From the NCBI GenBank assembly GCA_963822945.1, contig CAWGJO010000020.1:512001-576000 (forward strand): DNA of 64,000 nt, read 5' to 3'. The stretch comes from an uncultured Gemmatimonadaceae bacterium. GTDB taxonomy: Bacteria; Gemmatimonadota; Gemmatimonadetes; Gemmatimonadales; Gemmatimonadaceae. The first letter of the stretch is position 1, and each line of letters opens with the position of its first letter. The notes beneath the pieces were generated by a model that saw only the letters and a program-made list of their open reading frames with translations, made no database searches and had not been told where the DNA came from. The position numbers were made by a program, and so were the translations under genes. Shown in pieces: positions 24,629-34,380 of this stretch.

Positions 24629-25102
24629 ATGCTCCGCCCACGGCATCTGATTCTCATGGCGGTCGCCGTCGTGGCGGCCTGGTTCGCGTTGCGGCGCATG
24701 TCGCCTGGCGCTTCGCCGACGCCGGCCGACCCGGCACAGGTCCGTCGCGAGGTCCTGGCCGTACTCGACCACGGCGCCCGGGCGTGGGACGCCGGCAACC
24801 TCGACGACTTCCTCTCCGACTATCTCCCCGATTCGGAGACGACGTTCATCACCAAGACGCGCGTGCTGCACGGCATCGATGCCATCCGCGGGGTGTATGC
24901 CGCTCGCTTTGTCCCGGGGGCGCAGCGCGACTCCCTTCACTTCCAGAACGTCGAGGTGGACGTCCTGGCCCCCGACGTGGTCAACACCATTGCCTGGTAC
25001 GTGCTCACCCGCGGCGACTCGATCACGGCGCGCGGCCCGACGTCGCTCGTCATGCGCCGCGTGAACGGGCGATGGCGCATCGTGCACGACCATTCCAGTT
25101 GA
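24629..25102 (+). CDS. NTF2/SnoaL-like (DUF4440) exported protein
   Basis: N-terminal hydrophobic segment, AWDAGNLD, WRIVHDHSS. Confidence 0.85.
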   Translation: MLRPRHLILMAVAVVAAWFALRRMSPGASPTPADPAQVRREVLAVLDHGARAWDAGNLDDFLSDYLPDSETTFITKTRVLHGIDAIRGVYAARFVPGAQRDSLHFQNVEVDVLAPDVVNTIAWYVLTRGDSITARGPTSLVMRRVNGRWRIVHDHSS

Positions 25103-25103
25103 G

Positions 25104-26084
25104 ATGCCCCGAGCGGTCGCCATGCGCGCGCCCACGCGCGTGGATTTCGGCGGCGGGTGGACCGACGTGCCGCCCTACTCCGACATCGAAGGCGGTGTGG
25201 TCTGTGCGGGCGCGCTCGCCAGATATGCCACGGCGGAGCTGAGCGATGCCGTGGGGCCGGCGCCCCACGGAGCGGCCCCGGCACCCGAACCGGAAACACC
25301 CCTCATACGGGCGGCCCTCGCACGCACCGGGATCGACCACACGACGGTCCGGGTTCGACTGCGCAGCGATTTCCCGATCGGAGCGGGCCTCGGCGGATCG
25401 TCCGCCGCCAGCGCCGCACTGCTCGGGGCGCTCGACCGGTGGCGCGGCATCCCGATCGACCGCGTGGCGATCGCCGAACGCGGACGCCGGATCGAGGTCG
25501 AGGATCTCGGCGTTGCCGGCGGACGCCAGGACCACTACTGCGCGACGCACGGCGGACTGCTCGGCCTCAGCTTCGGCGCGACGGTGGGCGTGCGCCGCGT
25601 CCCGCTCCCGCCGCCGCTCCGCGCGTCGCTGGAACAGCGCTGCGTACTCGTATACACCGGAGAGTCGCGCATCTCCGGCGACACGATCACCGGTGTGCTG
25701 GAGGGCTACCGTCGCGGGGATCGTCGTGTAACGTTCGCTCTCGCACGGATGCGGGAGCTGGCGCAGCAGATGATCGCCGCGCTCGAACGCGCCGACGTGG
25801 ATGACCTGGGCTCGCTGATCGCGGAACACTGGACACACCAACGCGCGCTGCATTCGGCGATCCCCACCCCGGCCATCGATGCCATCATCGAGCGGGCCGG
25901 GCGAGCCGGAGCACTCGGAGCCAAGGCGACCGGTGCCTCGGGAGGCGGGTGTGTCGTGGCGGTCGCGCGCCACGGCATGGAAGCGGAGGTGCGCCGGGCC
26001 GTCGGCGCGCTCGGAGAACTCGTTCCCTTCACTCTGGACGAAACGGGACTGACTGCATGCGACTGGAACGGGGAGACGCCGTAG
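25104..26084 (+). CDS. GHMP-family sugar kinase (HddA/fucokinase-like)
   Basis: APTRVDFGGGWTD, PIGAGLGGS, GRQD, GASGGG. Confidence 0.88.
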   Translation: MPRAVAMRAPTRVDFGGGWTDVPPYSDIEGGVVCAGALARYATAELSDAVGPAPHGAAPAPEPETPLIRAALARTGIDHTTVRVRLRSDFPIGAGLGGSSAASAALLGALDRWRGIPIDRVAIAERGRRIEVEDLGVAGGRQDHYCATHGGLLGLSFGATVGVRRVPLPPPLRASLEQRCVLVYTGESRISGDTITGVLEGYRRGDRRVTFALARMRELAQQMIAALERADVDDLGSLIAEHWTHQRALHSAIPTPAIDAIIERAGRAGALGAKATGASGGGCVVAVARHGMEAEVRRAVGALGELVPFTLDETGLTACDWNGETP

Positions 26085-27232
26085 GACTGGCCCGCGCGCT
26101 CATCGGCGTCGATTCACGCAATCCGTCGCTGGTGCCGGGAGCCCCCGGAGAACAGGAGGCCGCCCGCTTGCTGGCCGGGGTTCTCGAGGCCTGGGGATTC
26201 CGCGTCGACGTGCACGAGGCCGCACCACGACGCCCGAACGTCGTCGCACGCCTCGGCGCGGCCGGCGGCCGCACGCTCATGTTCAACGGCCATCTCGATG
26301 TCGTCGGCGTGGAGGGCATGAAGCACGCCCCGTTCGACGCCCTCGAACGAGACGGCCGCCTGTACGGACGCGGCTCGGCCGACATGAAGGCGGGCATCGC
26401 GACGATGTGCGCGGCCGCCGCACTGGCCGGCGACGGGCTCACGCACGGTGAGGTGATCGTCGCCGCCGTGGCCGACGAGGAGTACGCGAGTCGCGGTACG
26501 CGCGCACTGGTGGAGCGCGGCATCCGCGCCGACGCCGCCATCGTCACCGAACCCACCGGACTCGCCATCATGCCGGCGCATCGCGGGTTCGTCTGGGTGG
26601 AACTCGCCTTCCACGGCCGCGCCGCGCACGGCAGCCGGTACGACGTGGGCGTCGATGCCATCCGGCACGCCGGCCTGGTGTTGGCGGAACTCGACGCCCT
26701 CGACGCCGGCCCCCTCGCTCGCCGCACCCACCCCCTGCTCGGGCACGCGTCGCTGCACGCCGCGCTGATCAGCGGCGGTCAGGGCATGTCCACGTATCCC
26801 GACCGGTGCGAGTTGAAGATCGAGCGCCGCACGGTGCCGGGGGAGACGCCGTCCGGCGTGATGGCCGAGATCGAGACCGCATGCGCCCGGGTTCGCGAAC
26901 GCCGGCCCGAATTGCGCGTGGACCTCGCGCTCCTGCTCGCGCAGAGCCCCAGCGACGTGGCCCCCGACGCACCGGTCGCCCGCGCCCTGCGCGACGCGTT
27001 GGACCACCAAGCCGTCCCGGTGCGCGTGGAAGGGATGAGCGCCTGGACGGACTGCGCGATTCTCAACGATGCGGGCATCCCCGCCATCTGCTTCGGCCCC
27101 GGCGACATTGCCCTGGCCCACGGGCCGGAGGAGTACGTGGAAATCGAACAGATCCAGCAAGCCACCGCGGTGCTCGAACGCATGGCCCGCGCCTGGTGCG
27201 GCGCGGACCCGGAGGGCGCATGGCGGAACTGA
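26057..27232 (+). CDS. ArgE/DapE-family M20 deacylase
   Basis: NGHLDVV, GRGSADMK, ADEE, VTEP, AHG. Confidence 0.9.
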   Translation: MRLERGDAVGLARALIGVDSRNPSLVPGAPGEQEAARLLAGVLEAWGFRVDVHEAAPRRPNVVARLGAAGGRTLMFNGHLDVVGVEGMKHAPFDALERDGRLYGRGSADMKAGIATMCAAAALAGDGLTHGEVIVAAVADEEYASRGTRALVERGIRADAAIVTEPTGLAIMPAHRGFVWVELAFHGRAAHGSRYDVGVDAIRHAGLVLAELDALDAGPLARRTHPLLGHASLHAALISGGQGMSTYPDRCELKIERRTVPGETPSGVMAEIETACARVRERRPELRVDLALLLAQSPSDVAPDAPVARALRDALDHQAVPVRVEGMSAWTDCAILNDAGIPAICFGPGDIALAHGPEEYVEIEQIQQATAVLERMARAWCGADPEGAWRN

Positions 27233-27438
27233 CCCACGTCCAGTACGAGATGCTCGAACGCGCCGTGTTGAACGGCCAGCGCATCGTGGTGTACCGCCGG
27301 GGAACCGAGTATCTGGTGATTCCCGACCGGCTTGCCATGCACGGCCGCCGGGAAGCCATCGAAGCGCGCAACCCGACCACCGGAGACCGACTCACCTTGT
27401 ACCTCGACGAAGTGGATGCCATCGAGGCCGTGCGTTGA
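27220..27438 (+). CDS. 72-aa small protein, WYL/Sm-like pattern
   Basis: GGAGG RBS; overlaps both neighbours; LERAV..GQRIVVY...P..L...IEA...T...LTLYLDEV. Confidence 0.7.
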   Translation: MAELTHVQYEMLERAVLNGQRIVVYRRGTEYLVIPDRLAMHGRREAIEARNPTTGDRLTLYLDEVDAIEAVR

Positions 27439-28079
27439 GCGCGGCTGAGCCACTCCCCCTGGTCGCCGTCTATGCCGATGAGTCGTGCCTCGGCAACGGG
27501 CAGGAGGGCGACAATCCCGGGGCCGCCGGCGGCGTGATCGAATATCGCGGCGGCAGCGCGGGCCCCATCACGAGGCGCGATTTCTGGCTGGCCGAGCCGG
27601 CGACGACGAACAACCGCATGGCCCTGCGGAGTGTGATCGAGGCGTTCCGGATCCTGGCGCAGAAGGACGGCCGGTTCCGCGTCGTGTTCACCAGCGACTC
27701 CCAGTACCTGATCAAGGGCATGAGCGAATGGGTCCGTGGGTGGATGGCGCGCGGATGGCGGCGCAAGGGGGGCCCGATCGAGAACCTGTCGCTCTGGCGC
27801 GACGCCGTGGCGTGTGTGCGCCCCCACCAGGTGCAGTGGCAGTGGGTGCGGGGCCACGTCGGACACGTGCAGAACGAGTACGCCAACCACCTCGCCACCC
27901 GGGCGGCACGGGACCAGACCAGCTCCGGAGGAGCCGTGCCGTCGGGGTTCGACGCATGGTTGGCCACCGAACGGGCGGCGGGCCGCATGCATGCGGCCCC
28001 CGCAGCCTTTCCGGATCCGCATAGATTCAAGCCATCGCAGCCGCTTCCCGCGGCGGCTCAGGCGACGCTGCTCGACTAG
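27435..28079 (+). CDS. rnhA: Ribonuclease HI (atypical active site)
   Basis: YADESCLGN, TTNNRM, SDSQY, W..RGW, ENLSLW, WVRGH.GH..NE. Confidence 0.88.
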   Translation: MSAAEPLPLVAVYADESCLGNGQEGDNPGAAGGVIEYRGGSAGPITRRDFWLAEPATTNNRMALRSVIEAFRILAQKDGRFRVVFTSDSQYLIKGMSEWVRGWMARGWRRKGGPIENLSLWRDAVACVRPHQVQWQWVRGHVGHVQNEYANHLATRAARDQTSSGGAVPSGFDAWLATERAAGRMHAAPAAFPDPHRFKPSQPLPAAAQATLLD

Positions 28080-28090
28080 GGGAGGACGGG

Positions 28091-28699
28091 ATGGACGCAA
28101 TCGACCGCATGTTCACGGTACTCGCGCAGACGGTGCGGGACACGCAGCCCCGCTATCTCAGCCAGCCGTTCGAGGTGGCCGAGCTGTACCAGACGCTGCT
28201 GCCCTACCGCCACTTTCGCCGCGAACTGGCCCTCGATACCAACGAGGACTACGAAATCACATTGATGCAGCTCCTTTCCGGAGCTCGCGGGTATCTCATC
28301 GTTGATGACCGGATGCGTGACGCTCTGGAGCGGGAACTCCAGTCGCCGAATCCGGATCCGGGGGCGTTCCGGCAATTCGCCGACGCCCAGGTGGCGCTCT
28401 CTCCCGCGGCGCTGCAGCGACGGACACAGACGCCCGAAGGGACCGTCGATTCGGCTGCGGTGAGCGGGTCGACGGTTCGGCTGGAGACCCCGGCCTCGCA
28501 GGCGGCGGCCGCGGCAGCCGCCGACGGGGCGCGTTGTCGGTACTGCACCAGCAAACTGCCGCAGGGGCGGAAGGTGGTGTTCTGTCCGAACTGTGGCCAG
28601 AACCTCACGGTGATGAACTGCAGCGCCTGCGGCGCGGAATTGGAGGTCGGATGGAAGTTCTGCGTAGCGTGCGGTCGCCCCACTCCTCAAGCGATATGA
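28091..28699 (+). CDS. Double zinc-ribbon protein
   Basis: Four CxxC pairs at the C-terminus; GGAGG RBS. Confidence 0.85.
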   Translation: MDAIDRMFTVLAQTVRDTQPRYLSQPFEVAELYQTLLPYRHFRRELALDTNEDYEITLMQLLSGARGYLIVDDRMRDALERELQSPNPDPGAFRQFADAQVALSPAALQRRTQTPEGTVDSAAVSGSTVRLETPASQAAAAAAADGARCRYCTSKLPQGRKVVFCPNCGQNLTVMNCSACGAELEVGWKFCVACGRPTPQAI

Positions 28700-29781
28700 T
28701 GCGGCGCGCGTGGCGGGCGGCAATCCTGCTTACCGCCGCCGGGGCGATGGCGGCATGCGCCTCGGGCCGCGGGCGTACCAGCGCTCCCGCGGTCACACCG
28801 GCCGCGGACAGTTGGCCCGTGGTCACGCGCGAACATGTGGACCTGTGGCTCCACGGATACGCCATGATCACCCGCGACGTGGCTCAGGTGCCGGTGTTCC
28901 GGCGGGGCTACCGCGACTCCATCGAAGCGGTTCGACATCGCGACAACGTGCTTACCGCCCTCGACGCCAACCACGCGAAGCTGGCCACGCTCATGGCCCA
29001 GAACCCGGAGATCAGCAACGGCCAGTTCGTGCCGCTGTACTTCACGTCGTGGGATCAGATGGTGAAGGCCGTCGATGACTTCGTGCATGCCGACGGATCG
29101 CGCCGCGACGTCACTCCGGCCGACCGCCGGTCGTTCGCCATCCTGGCCTCGATGTATCCCACCGTGCAGGACCGGGAGTGGCTCCGCCTGTTCACCGAAT
29201 CGCTCGGCAACGAGTCCGATCACTTCTATCACCAGTACTGGACGGCCGAGCAGCAGAAGCACCACGGCATCGTCGTCGCCGTCGATTCCCTCTGGCGTTC
29301 GATCCGGCCGCGCTTCCAGTCCTTTCTCACCAACACCGGCCAGACCGACGGCCAGATGGTGCTCTCGCTCGTCCTCGGCGGGGAGGGGCGCACGATGAAC
29401 GAGTCGCCCAAGCACAATATCGTCGTCGTGACGATGCCCGATTCCCTCGCGGGGGTGGCGGAGCCGGTCTACGTGTTCGCGCACGAAATCGTCCAGGTCA
29501 TTTCGAACCAGGCCGTGAGTGCCAACACGACCGCCGAGCAGCAGCGGAACGGAACCGCCGCCGCCTTCTCGCCCACGGCGGCGGTCCGGGGCGGGGAGAT
29601 GCTTCTGGAACGGGTGGCGCCTGAGCTCGCCGACGGATTCATGCGTTACTATCTGTCGCAGGCCGGCGTGGCGGCGCCCGCGGGCAACCCCGAAGCGGCG
29701 TTCGTCGGTGCGTTCCCGCTCCCGACGGCGATCATCGCCGACATGGACCGGCAGATCGGTAGCAAGCTCACGGGAACCTGA
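28696..29781 (+). CDS. Hypothetical lipoprotein
   Basis: Lipobox-like MAAC; ATGA overlap; FAHEIVQ motif. Confidence 0.75.
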   Translation: MMRRAWRAAILLTAAGAMAACASGRGRTSAPAVTPAADSWPVVTREHVDLWLHGYAMITRDVAQVPVFRRGYRDSIEAVRHRDNVLTALDANHAKLATLMAQNPEISNGQFVPLYFTSWDQMVKAVDDFVHADGSRRDVTPADRRSFAILASMYPTVQDREWLRLFTESLGNESDHFYHQYWTAEQQKHHGIVVAVDSLWRSIRPRFQSFLTNTGQTDGQMVLSLVLGGEGRTMNESPKHNIVVVTMPDSLAGVAEPVYVFAHEIVQVISNQAVSANTTAEQQRNGTAAAFSPTAAVRGGEMLLERVAPELADGFMRYYLSQAGVAAPAGNPEAAFVGAFPLPTAIIADMDRQIGSKLTGT

Positions 29782-29809
29782 CCCGCGCGGTTGCCCGTAT
29801 ATTGGAATC

Positions 29810-30631
29810 ATGGCTGACGCCCCGGTTCCCGCCGTTCCCCAACCACCGCTCGATCGCGCCGCGCTCGAGCGAGTGATTGCGCGTGCCGCCGAGTTGCAGG
29901 CACGCACCTCGGACGCGGCCGAGACGATGACCGAGGACCAGATCATCGCCCTCGGCCGCGAGGTGGGCCTCTCCCCGGCCTATCTGCGCCAGGCGCTGGC
30001 CGAGGAGCGATCGCACCGCGGGCAGCCGACCGCCGCCCACGGCCTCCTGCGCGGACCGGCCCTGCTCACGGCCGAGCGCACGGTGCGCGGCACGGCGCCC
30101 GAGGTCTTCGCCGCACTCGATATCTGGATGCAGAAGGAGGAGTGGCTCCAGATCAAACGGCAGTTCCCGGATCGGATCGTCTGGGAGCCGCGCCGCGACT
30201 TCGAAGGAAATGTGCGGCGCCTGCTGAACGTCGGCGGACGCGGGTACACGCTGTCCAAGGCCACCGACGTCGGCGCCACGGTGGTGCCGGCCGACGAGGG
30301 CCGCGTGCTCGTACGGCTCGACGCCGACCTCTCGGGACACCGCAGGAGTTCGCTGGGCGGAATGGCCGCGGGCGCCGCGGGCGGGTTGGTCGGCAGCGGG
30401 GTGCTACTGGCCCTCAACTTCGCGCTCGTCGTCGCCGCGGCGCCGGTGGTCGCGCTCGGCGGCATGGGCTACGTCATCGCCCGCACTACCTACACACGCG
30501 CCGCCGCCCGCGTGCAGCTCACCCTCGAACAGATGCTCGACCGGCTGGAGCGGGGCGAACGCGCCGATAACCCGTCATTGCTGCGCATGCTGGCGCAGGC
30601 CGCCGGCACCGCGATCCCGCGCCGCTACTGA
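29810..30631 (+). CDS. Hypothetical membrane protein
   Basis: N-terminal helical domain (ERVIARAAEL...IALGREVG) and two C-terminal TM segments. Confidence 0.75.
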   Translation: MADAPVPAVPQPPLDRAALERVIARAAELQARTSDAAETMTEDQIIALGREVGLSPAYLRQALAEERSHRGQPTAAHGLLRGPALLTAERTVRGTAPEVFAALDIWMQKEEWLQIKRQFPDRIVWEPRRDFEGNVRRLLNVGGRGYTLSKATDVGATVVPADEGRVLVRLDADLSGHRRSSLGGMAAGAAGGLVGSGVLLALNFALVVAAAPVVALGGMGYVIARTTYTRAAARVQLTLEQMLDRLERGERADNPSLLRMLAQAAGTAIPRRY

Positions 30632-31701
30632 CCGCCGACCAGGCTCGGCACGAGCCGCACCGGACGCCGGCTGGCGCGTGCCGCCAGCCACGCCAGCGCT
30701 CGATTGCTCATCACCCCCGCGATACTGAGCACGATCAGCGACTTCACCTCGGCACGTGAGATCTTCACCACCTGCCGCCGCGCCATGGCCGATGGCACCC
30801 GCGTGAGATCCCGCAGGGTGGCATACGCGAACAGCAGGGGCAGCACACAGAACAGGCGGATCGACACGGCCCGGCGCGGAATCAGGAGCAGATAGTCCTT
30901 GGCATGCTCCAGATCCTCCCACGCCAGCTTCACCAGCGACGCCATCGCGGCCTGCGTGTTGGCGGCCCGCTCTCCCGCCAGAATGGCCGCGTGGCTTCCC
31001 CCGTGCTCGACCAGCAGCTGTTCGGGGATGTAGATGGAATTCTCCTGCTCGGCATCGGTGGCCACATCCTTGAGGATGTTCACCGTCTGCAGCGCCTCCG
31101 CGAACGACCGGCTGCGCTCGCGCAGCACCGCGTACTGCCGCGGACCGATGCTCGGCGCATGCTCGTGCCACAAATCGGTCAGGAGGTACCCCACCGTGCC
31201 CGCCACGTAGTAGCAGTACTCGCGGTACTCGTCCAGCGTCTGGATGCGGATCCCGCCCGGGTACAGCAGCACGAACTTGCGCATGCCCACTGCCATCTCG
31301 GTCACCCAACGCCTGATGTGCTCCCGCGTGGCCGGCGGCAGCGCCCGGTACGCGACGAACACCAGATCGGTGTGGTGGATGAGCCGCAGGTGCGCCGGGT
31401 CTCCCGTCATCGCGGCCACCAACTCCGGGAACCGGTCGGCAGCGGCCGCATCGTCGAAGCAGGCCAACATTCGGTCGAAGAGTCCGGCCTTGTCGGGCGC
31501 CGGCATCGACGGCTCGTCCTCGATCGTATCGGCAACCCGGCAGAGGAGGTACGCGCAATTCACGGCGGCCCCGAGTTGCCCGGGCAGCACACGGATGCTG
31601 AGCGCGAACGTACGCGACACCGACGGCAGAATCTCCCGCGAAAAGCGGAGTGCCTGGTCGAGACGCGGATCGGCGGTAGCTTCGGGAGCGGAGGACGCCA
31701 C
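30625..31701 (-). CDS. Squalene/phytoene synthase family (squalene synthase-like)
   Basis: VSRTFALSI, YLLCRVADTIED, YCYYVAGTVG, LQTVNILKD. Confidence 0.9.
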   Translation of the reverse strand: MASSAPEATADPRLDQALRFSREILPSVSRTFALSIRVLPGQLGAAVNCAYLLCRVADTIEDEPSMPAPDKAGLFDRMLACFDDAAAADRFPELVAAMTGDPAHLRLIHHTDLVFVAYRALPPATREHIRRWVTEMAVGMRKFVLLYPGGIRIQTLDEYREYCYYVAGTVGYLLTDLWHEHAPSIGPRQYAVLRERSRSFAEALQTVNILKDVATDAEQENSIYIPEQLLVEHGGSHAAILAGERAANTQAAMASLVKLAWEDLEHAKDYLLLIPRRAVSIRLFCVLPLLFAYATLRDLTRVPSAMARRQVVKISRAEVKSLIVLSIAGVMSNRALAWLAARASRRPVRLVPSLVGGQ

Positions 31702-31832
31702 GGTCAGCAGCGGGGTCGTCGTCGGTGGAGTCGGTGCATTAAACTTCGGCGTTGCCGGCTTGGCTGGAACTTACCCCGCCGGCCCCGTCGGCGCTCCCTG
31801 GCGCCACCACATTCACAGAGGAAACCGTTCGC

Positions 31833-33476
31833 GTGAGCCTCACCGCCCCCCCTGGATTCAGAGGAACGTTTCGCACCGACGATGCCGCGCGCGCGGTGTA
31901 CGGTGAAGCGGCGGGGGTCGCCCGCTGCTGGCCGCGTGCCGTCGCGGTTCCGGTGGACACCCGAGACCTGCAGGCCCTGGTGGGATGGGCGCACCGCGAG
32001 AACGTGCCGCTCGTGCCGCGGGGATCGGGGAGCGGGATGGCCGGCGGCGCGGTCGGCGATGGCGTGGTGGTGGACCTCAGCAGGTTCCGGACCATTGGCG
32101 ACGTGGACAGCACGACGCGGACCATCCGTGTGGGCGCGGGTGTGCTCCGCGGTGAAGTGGACCGCGCGGCCCGCGCGGTGGGTCTGCGCTTTCCGGTGGA
32201 TCCCTCCAGCGGTGAGTTCTGCACCATCGGCGGGATGGCGGCCACCAATGCCGCCGGCGCGCACACCATGCGGCACGGCCCCATGCGCCCTTGGGTCCAG
32301 GCCCTGCACTGCGTCTTCGACGACAGCTCGACGGCCGAGATTCGCCGCGGCGTGACGCCGCCACGGGAAATCGCAGCGGTCGATCGCTTCATGCGCGACG
32401 CCCATGACGCAATCGTCCGTCGCGAACATGCCACCCCGTCGGTCCACCGCGGCGTCTACAAGGATTCGTCGGGCTACGCGACCTCGGCCTACGCGGCGGG
32501 CGGCGACCTGGTGGACCTTCTCGTGGGAAGCGAGGGCACGCTCGCTCTGTTCACCGACATCGAGCTCCGCCTCGAGCCGGTGCCGGCAGCGAGCGCCAGC
32601 CTGCTCGGCGAGTTTCGGTCGCTGGATGACGCTGTGCACGCGGCGGCCAGAGCCCGCACCCTGGGCGCCAGCGCCTGCGAGTTGCTCGACCGGACCTTCC
32701 TCGAAGTCGCCAGCCAGGGGAACGCGCCGCTGCCGGTGGGGCCCGGAACCGAGGCCGTGCTCCTCGTCAAGTTCGACGGCGAGTCGACCCGCGACGTGGG
32801 CGCCCGCGCCCGCTCCATCGAGCAGGCGTTCCGCCGCCTCGGCGCCTCGGGTGTTACCCTCGCCCTCGAACCGACTGCCGAGCGCGAACTCTGGGAGCTC
32901 CGGCACGCGGTGAGCCCCATCCTCTCGCGACTCGACCCGTCGCTCAAGTCGATGCAGTTCATCGAGGACGGCGCCGTCCCGCCGACCCACCTGGCCGACT
33001 ACGTGCGGGGGGTTCGCGCCGTGCTCGACCGGCACAAGGTCCAGGGAGTGATCTTCGGCCACGCCGGCGACGCCCACATCCATGTGAATCCGCTCATCGA
33101 CGTGAGCCGTGCCGACTGGCGCGCCAAGGTCGACGCCATTCTGGACGGCATCGTGGCGCTCACCGCATCGCTGGGCGGCACCCTCACCGGGGAGCACGGC
33201 GACGGCCGGCTGCGCACACCGCTGCTCGGCCGCGTATGGACCGACGCCGCGCGTGAGCGCTTCGCGCTCGTGAAACGCTGCTTCGACCCGGCCGGCATCC
33301 TGAATCCGGGTGTCAAGGTTCCGCTCCCCGGGCAACGCCCGCTGATCGACGTGAAGTACGACCCGGCGCTTCCGCCCCTGCCGGCCGACGCCGCACGTGC
33401 CCTCGAAATCGTGGAACGCGATCGGGCCTACGGCGAGTTCCGGCTCGGCTTGCTGGAGACGCCGGTGGAGTCTTGA
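31833..33476 (+). CDS. FAD-linked oxidase, GlcD/D-lactate dehydrogenase family
   Basis: PRGSGSG, TIGGMAATNA, GSEGTL, GHAGD, GEHGDG, LNPG. Confidence 0.9.
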   Translation: MSLTAPPGFRGTFRTDDAARAVYGEAAGVARCWPRAVAVPVDTRDLQALVGWAHRENVPLVPRGSGSGMAGGAVGDGVVVDLSRFRTIGDVDSTTRTIRVGAGVLRGEVDRAARAVGLRFPVDPSSGEFCTIGGMAATNAAGAHTMRHGPMRPWVQALHCVFDDSSTAEIRRGVTPPREIAAVDRFMRDAHDAIVRREHATPSVHRGVYKDSSGYATSAYAAGGDLVDLLVGSEGTLALFTDIELRLEPVPAASASLLGEFRSLDDAVHAAARARTLGASACELLDRTFLEVASQGNAPLPVGPGTEAVLLVKFDGESTRDVGARARSIEQAFRRLGASGVTLALEPTAERELWELRHAVSPILSRLDPSLKSMQFIEDGAVPPTHLADYVRGVRAVLDRHKVQGVIFGHAGDAHIHVNPLIDVSRADWRAKVDAILDGIVALTASLGGTLTGEHGDGRLRTPLLGRVWTDAARERFALVKRCFDPAGILNPGVKVPLPGQRPLIDVKYDPALPPLPADAARALEIVERDRAYGEFRLGLLETPVES

Positions 33477-33546
33477 TTCCCAGCCGCCACCGGCCACCCG
33501 GGCACGATCACGACCGCGCGCCGACCTACCCTTCACCACCACCCCG

Positions 33547-34302
33547 ATGCCTGAAATCTTCCGTGCTCCCCGCGTCACGCTTCTCGCCCGCCCGACCTTC
33601 GTCGAGCCCTCGCACCTGCCCGTCGAGTGGCAGGGAGAGAGCACCGACGGGGAGCGGCTGGCCGAGTTCGCCGGGCGTTTGTGCTATATGAGCCAGCACA
33701 ATCCGGCCAAGCGGGCCACGCGGGAATACCTCGAGAACATCAAGAAGCAGGGGCACGGCAGCGTCCTCGAACACGCCAACTACTCGATCCTCCTGGAGGG
33801 GGTGAGTCGCTCGCTCACCCACGAACTGGTGCGCCATCGGGCCGGGTTCGCGTACTCCCAGCTCTCGCAGCGGTACGTGAACGAGTCGGACGCCGCCTTC
33901 GTCGTCCCGCCGGCAATCATCGGCGACGAGGCGCTGGAACTGGCCTGGCGCACCCAGGTCGAGGCGGCGCAGCGGACCTACGTCTCCCTGGTCGAGCAGC
34001 TGATGGAGCGCTACGGCTGGGTGACCGACAAGGTCCACCGTCGGAAGATGGCCCGTGAGGCCGCCCGGGCCGTGCTCCCCAACTCGACCGAGACCAAGAT
34101 CGTCGTGACCGCGAACGTGCGCGCCTGGCGGACGATGCTCGAACTGCGAAGCAGCGAAGGAGCGGAGATGGAGATCCGGCGCGCGGCCATCGCCATCCTC
34201 CGGCTCCTGCAGGCCGAGGCGGCCGGCTTCTTCTCGGACTTCGAGACGTACATGGCCGACGACCGGCACGAGGCGGCGCGCATCTCGTATCACAAGGTGT
34301 AG
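33547..34302 (+). CDS. thyX: Flavin-dependent thymidylate synthase
   Basis: GHGSVLEH, HELVRHR...SQLSQRY, AARAVLP, EIR. Confidence 0.96.
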   Translation: MPEIFRAPRVTLLARPTFVEPSHLPVEWQGESTDGERLAEFAGRLCYMSQHNPAKRATREYLENIKKQGHGSVLEHANYSILLEGVSRSLTHELVRHRAGFAYSQLSQRYVNESDAAFVVPPAIIGDEALELAWRTQVEAAQRTYVSLVEQLMERYGWVTDKVHRRKMAREAARAVLPNSTETKIVVTANVRAWRTMLELRSSEGAEMEIRRAAIAILRLLQAEAAGFFSDFETYMADDRHEAARISYHKV

Positions 34303-34330
34303 GGGCCCGCGGCTCGCTCCTTTTTTCCCG

Positions 34331-34359
34331 TTGCGCGACGAATTCAACGCGCATATCTT
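34331..34359 (+). promoter_or_regulatory. Sigma70-like promoter for ATP-grasp/GNAT/KamA operon
   Basis: TTGCGC-17 nt-TATCTT, 21 nt before ATG 34381, after a T-run following thyX. Confidence 0.55.
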
Positions 34360-34380
34360 GGCGCGTCCTTTCGAGATCGG

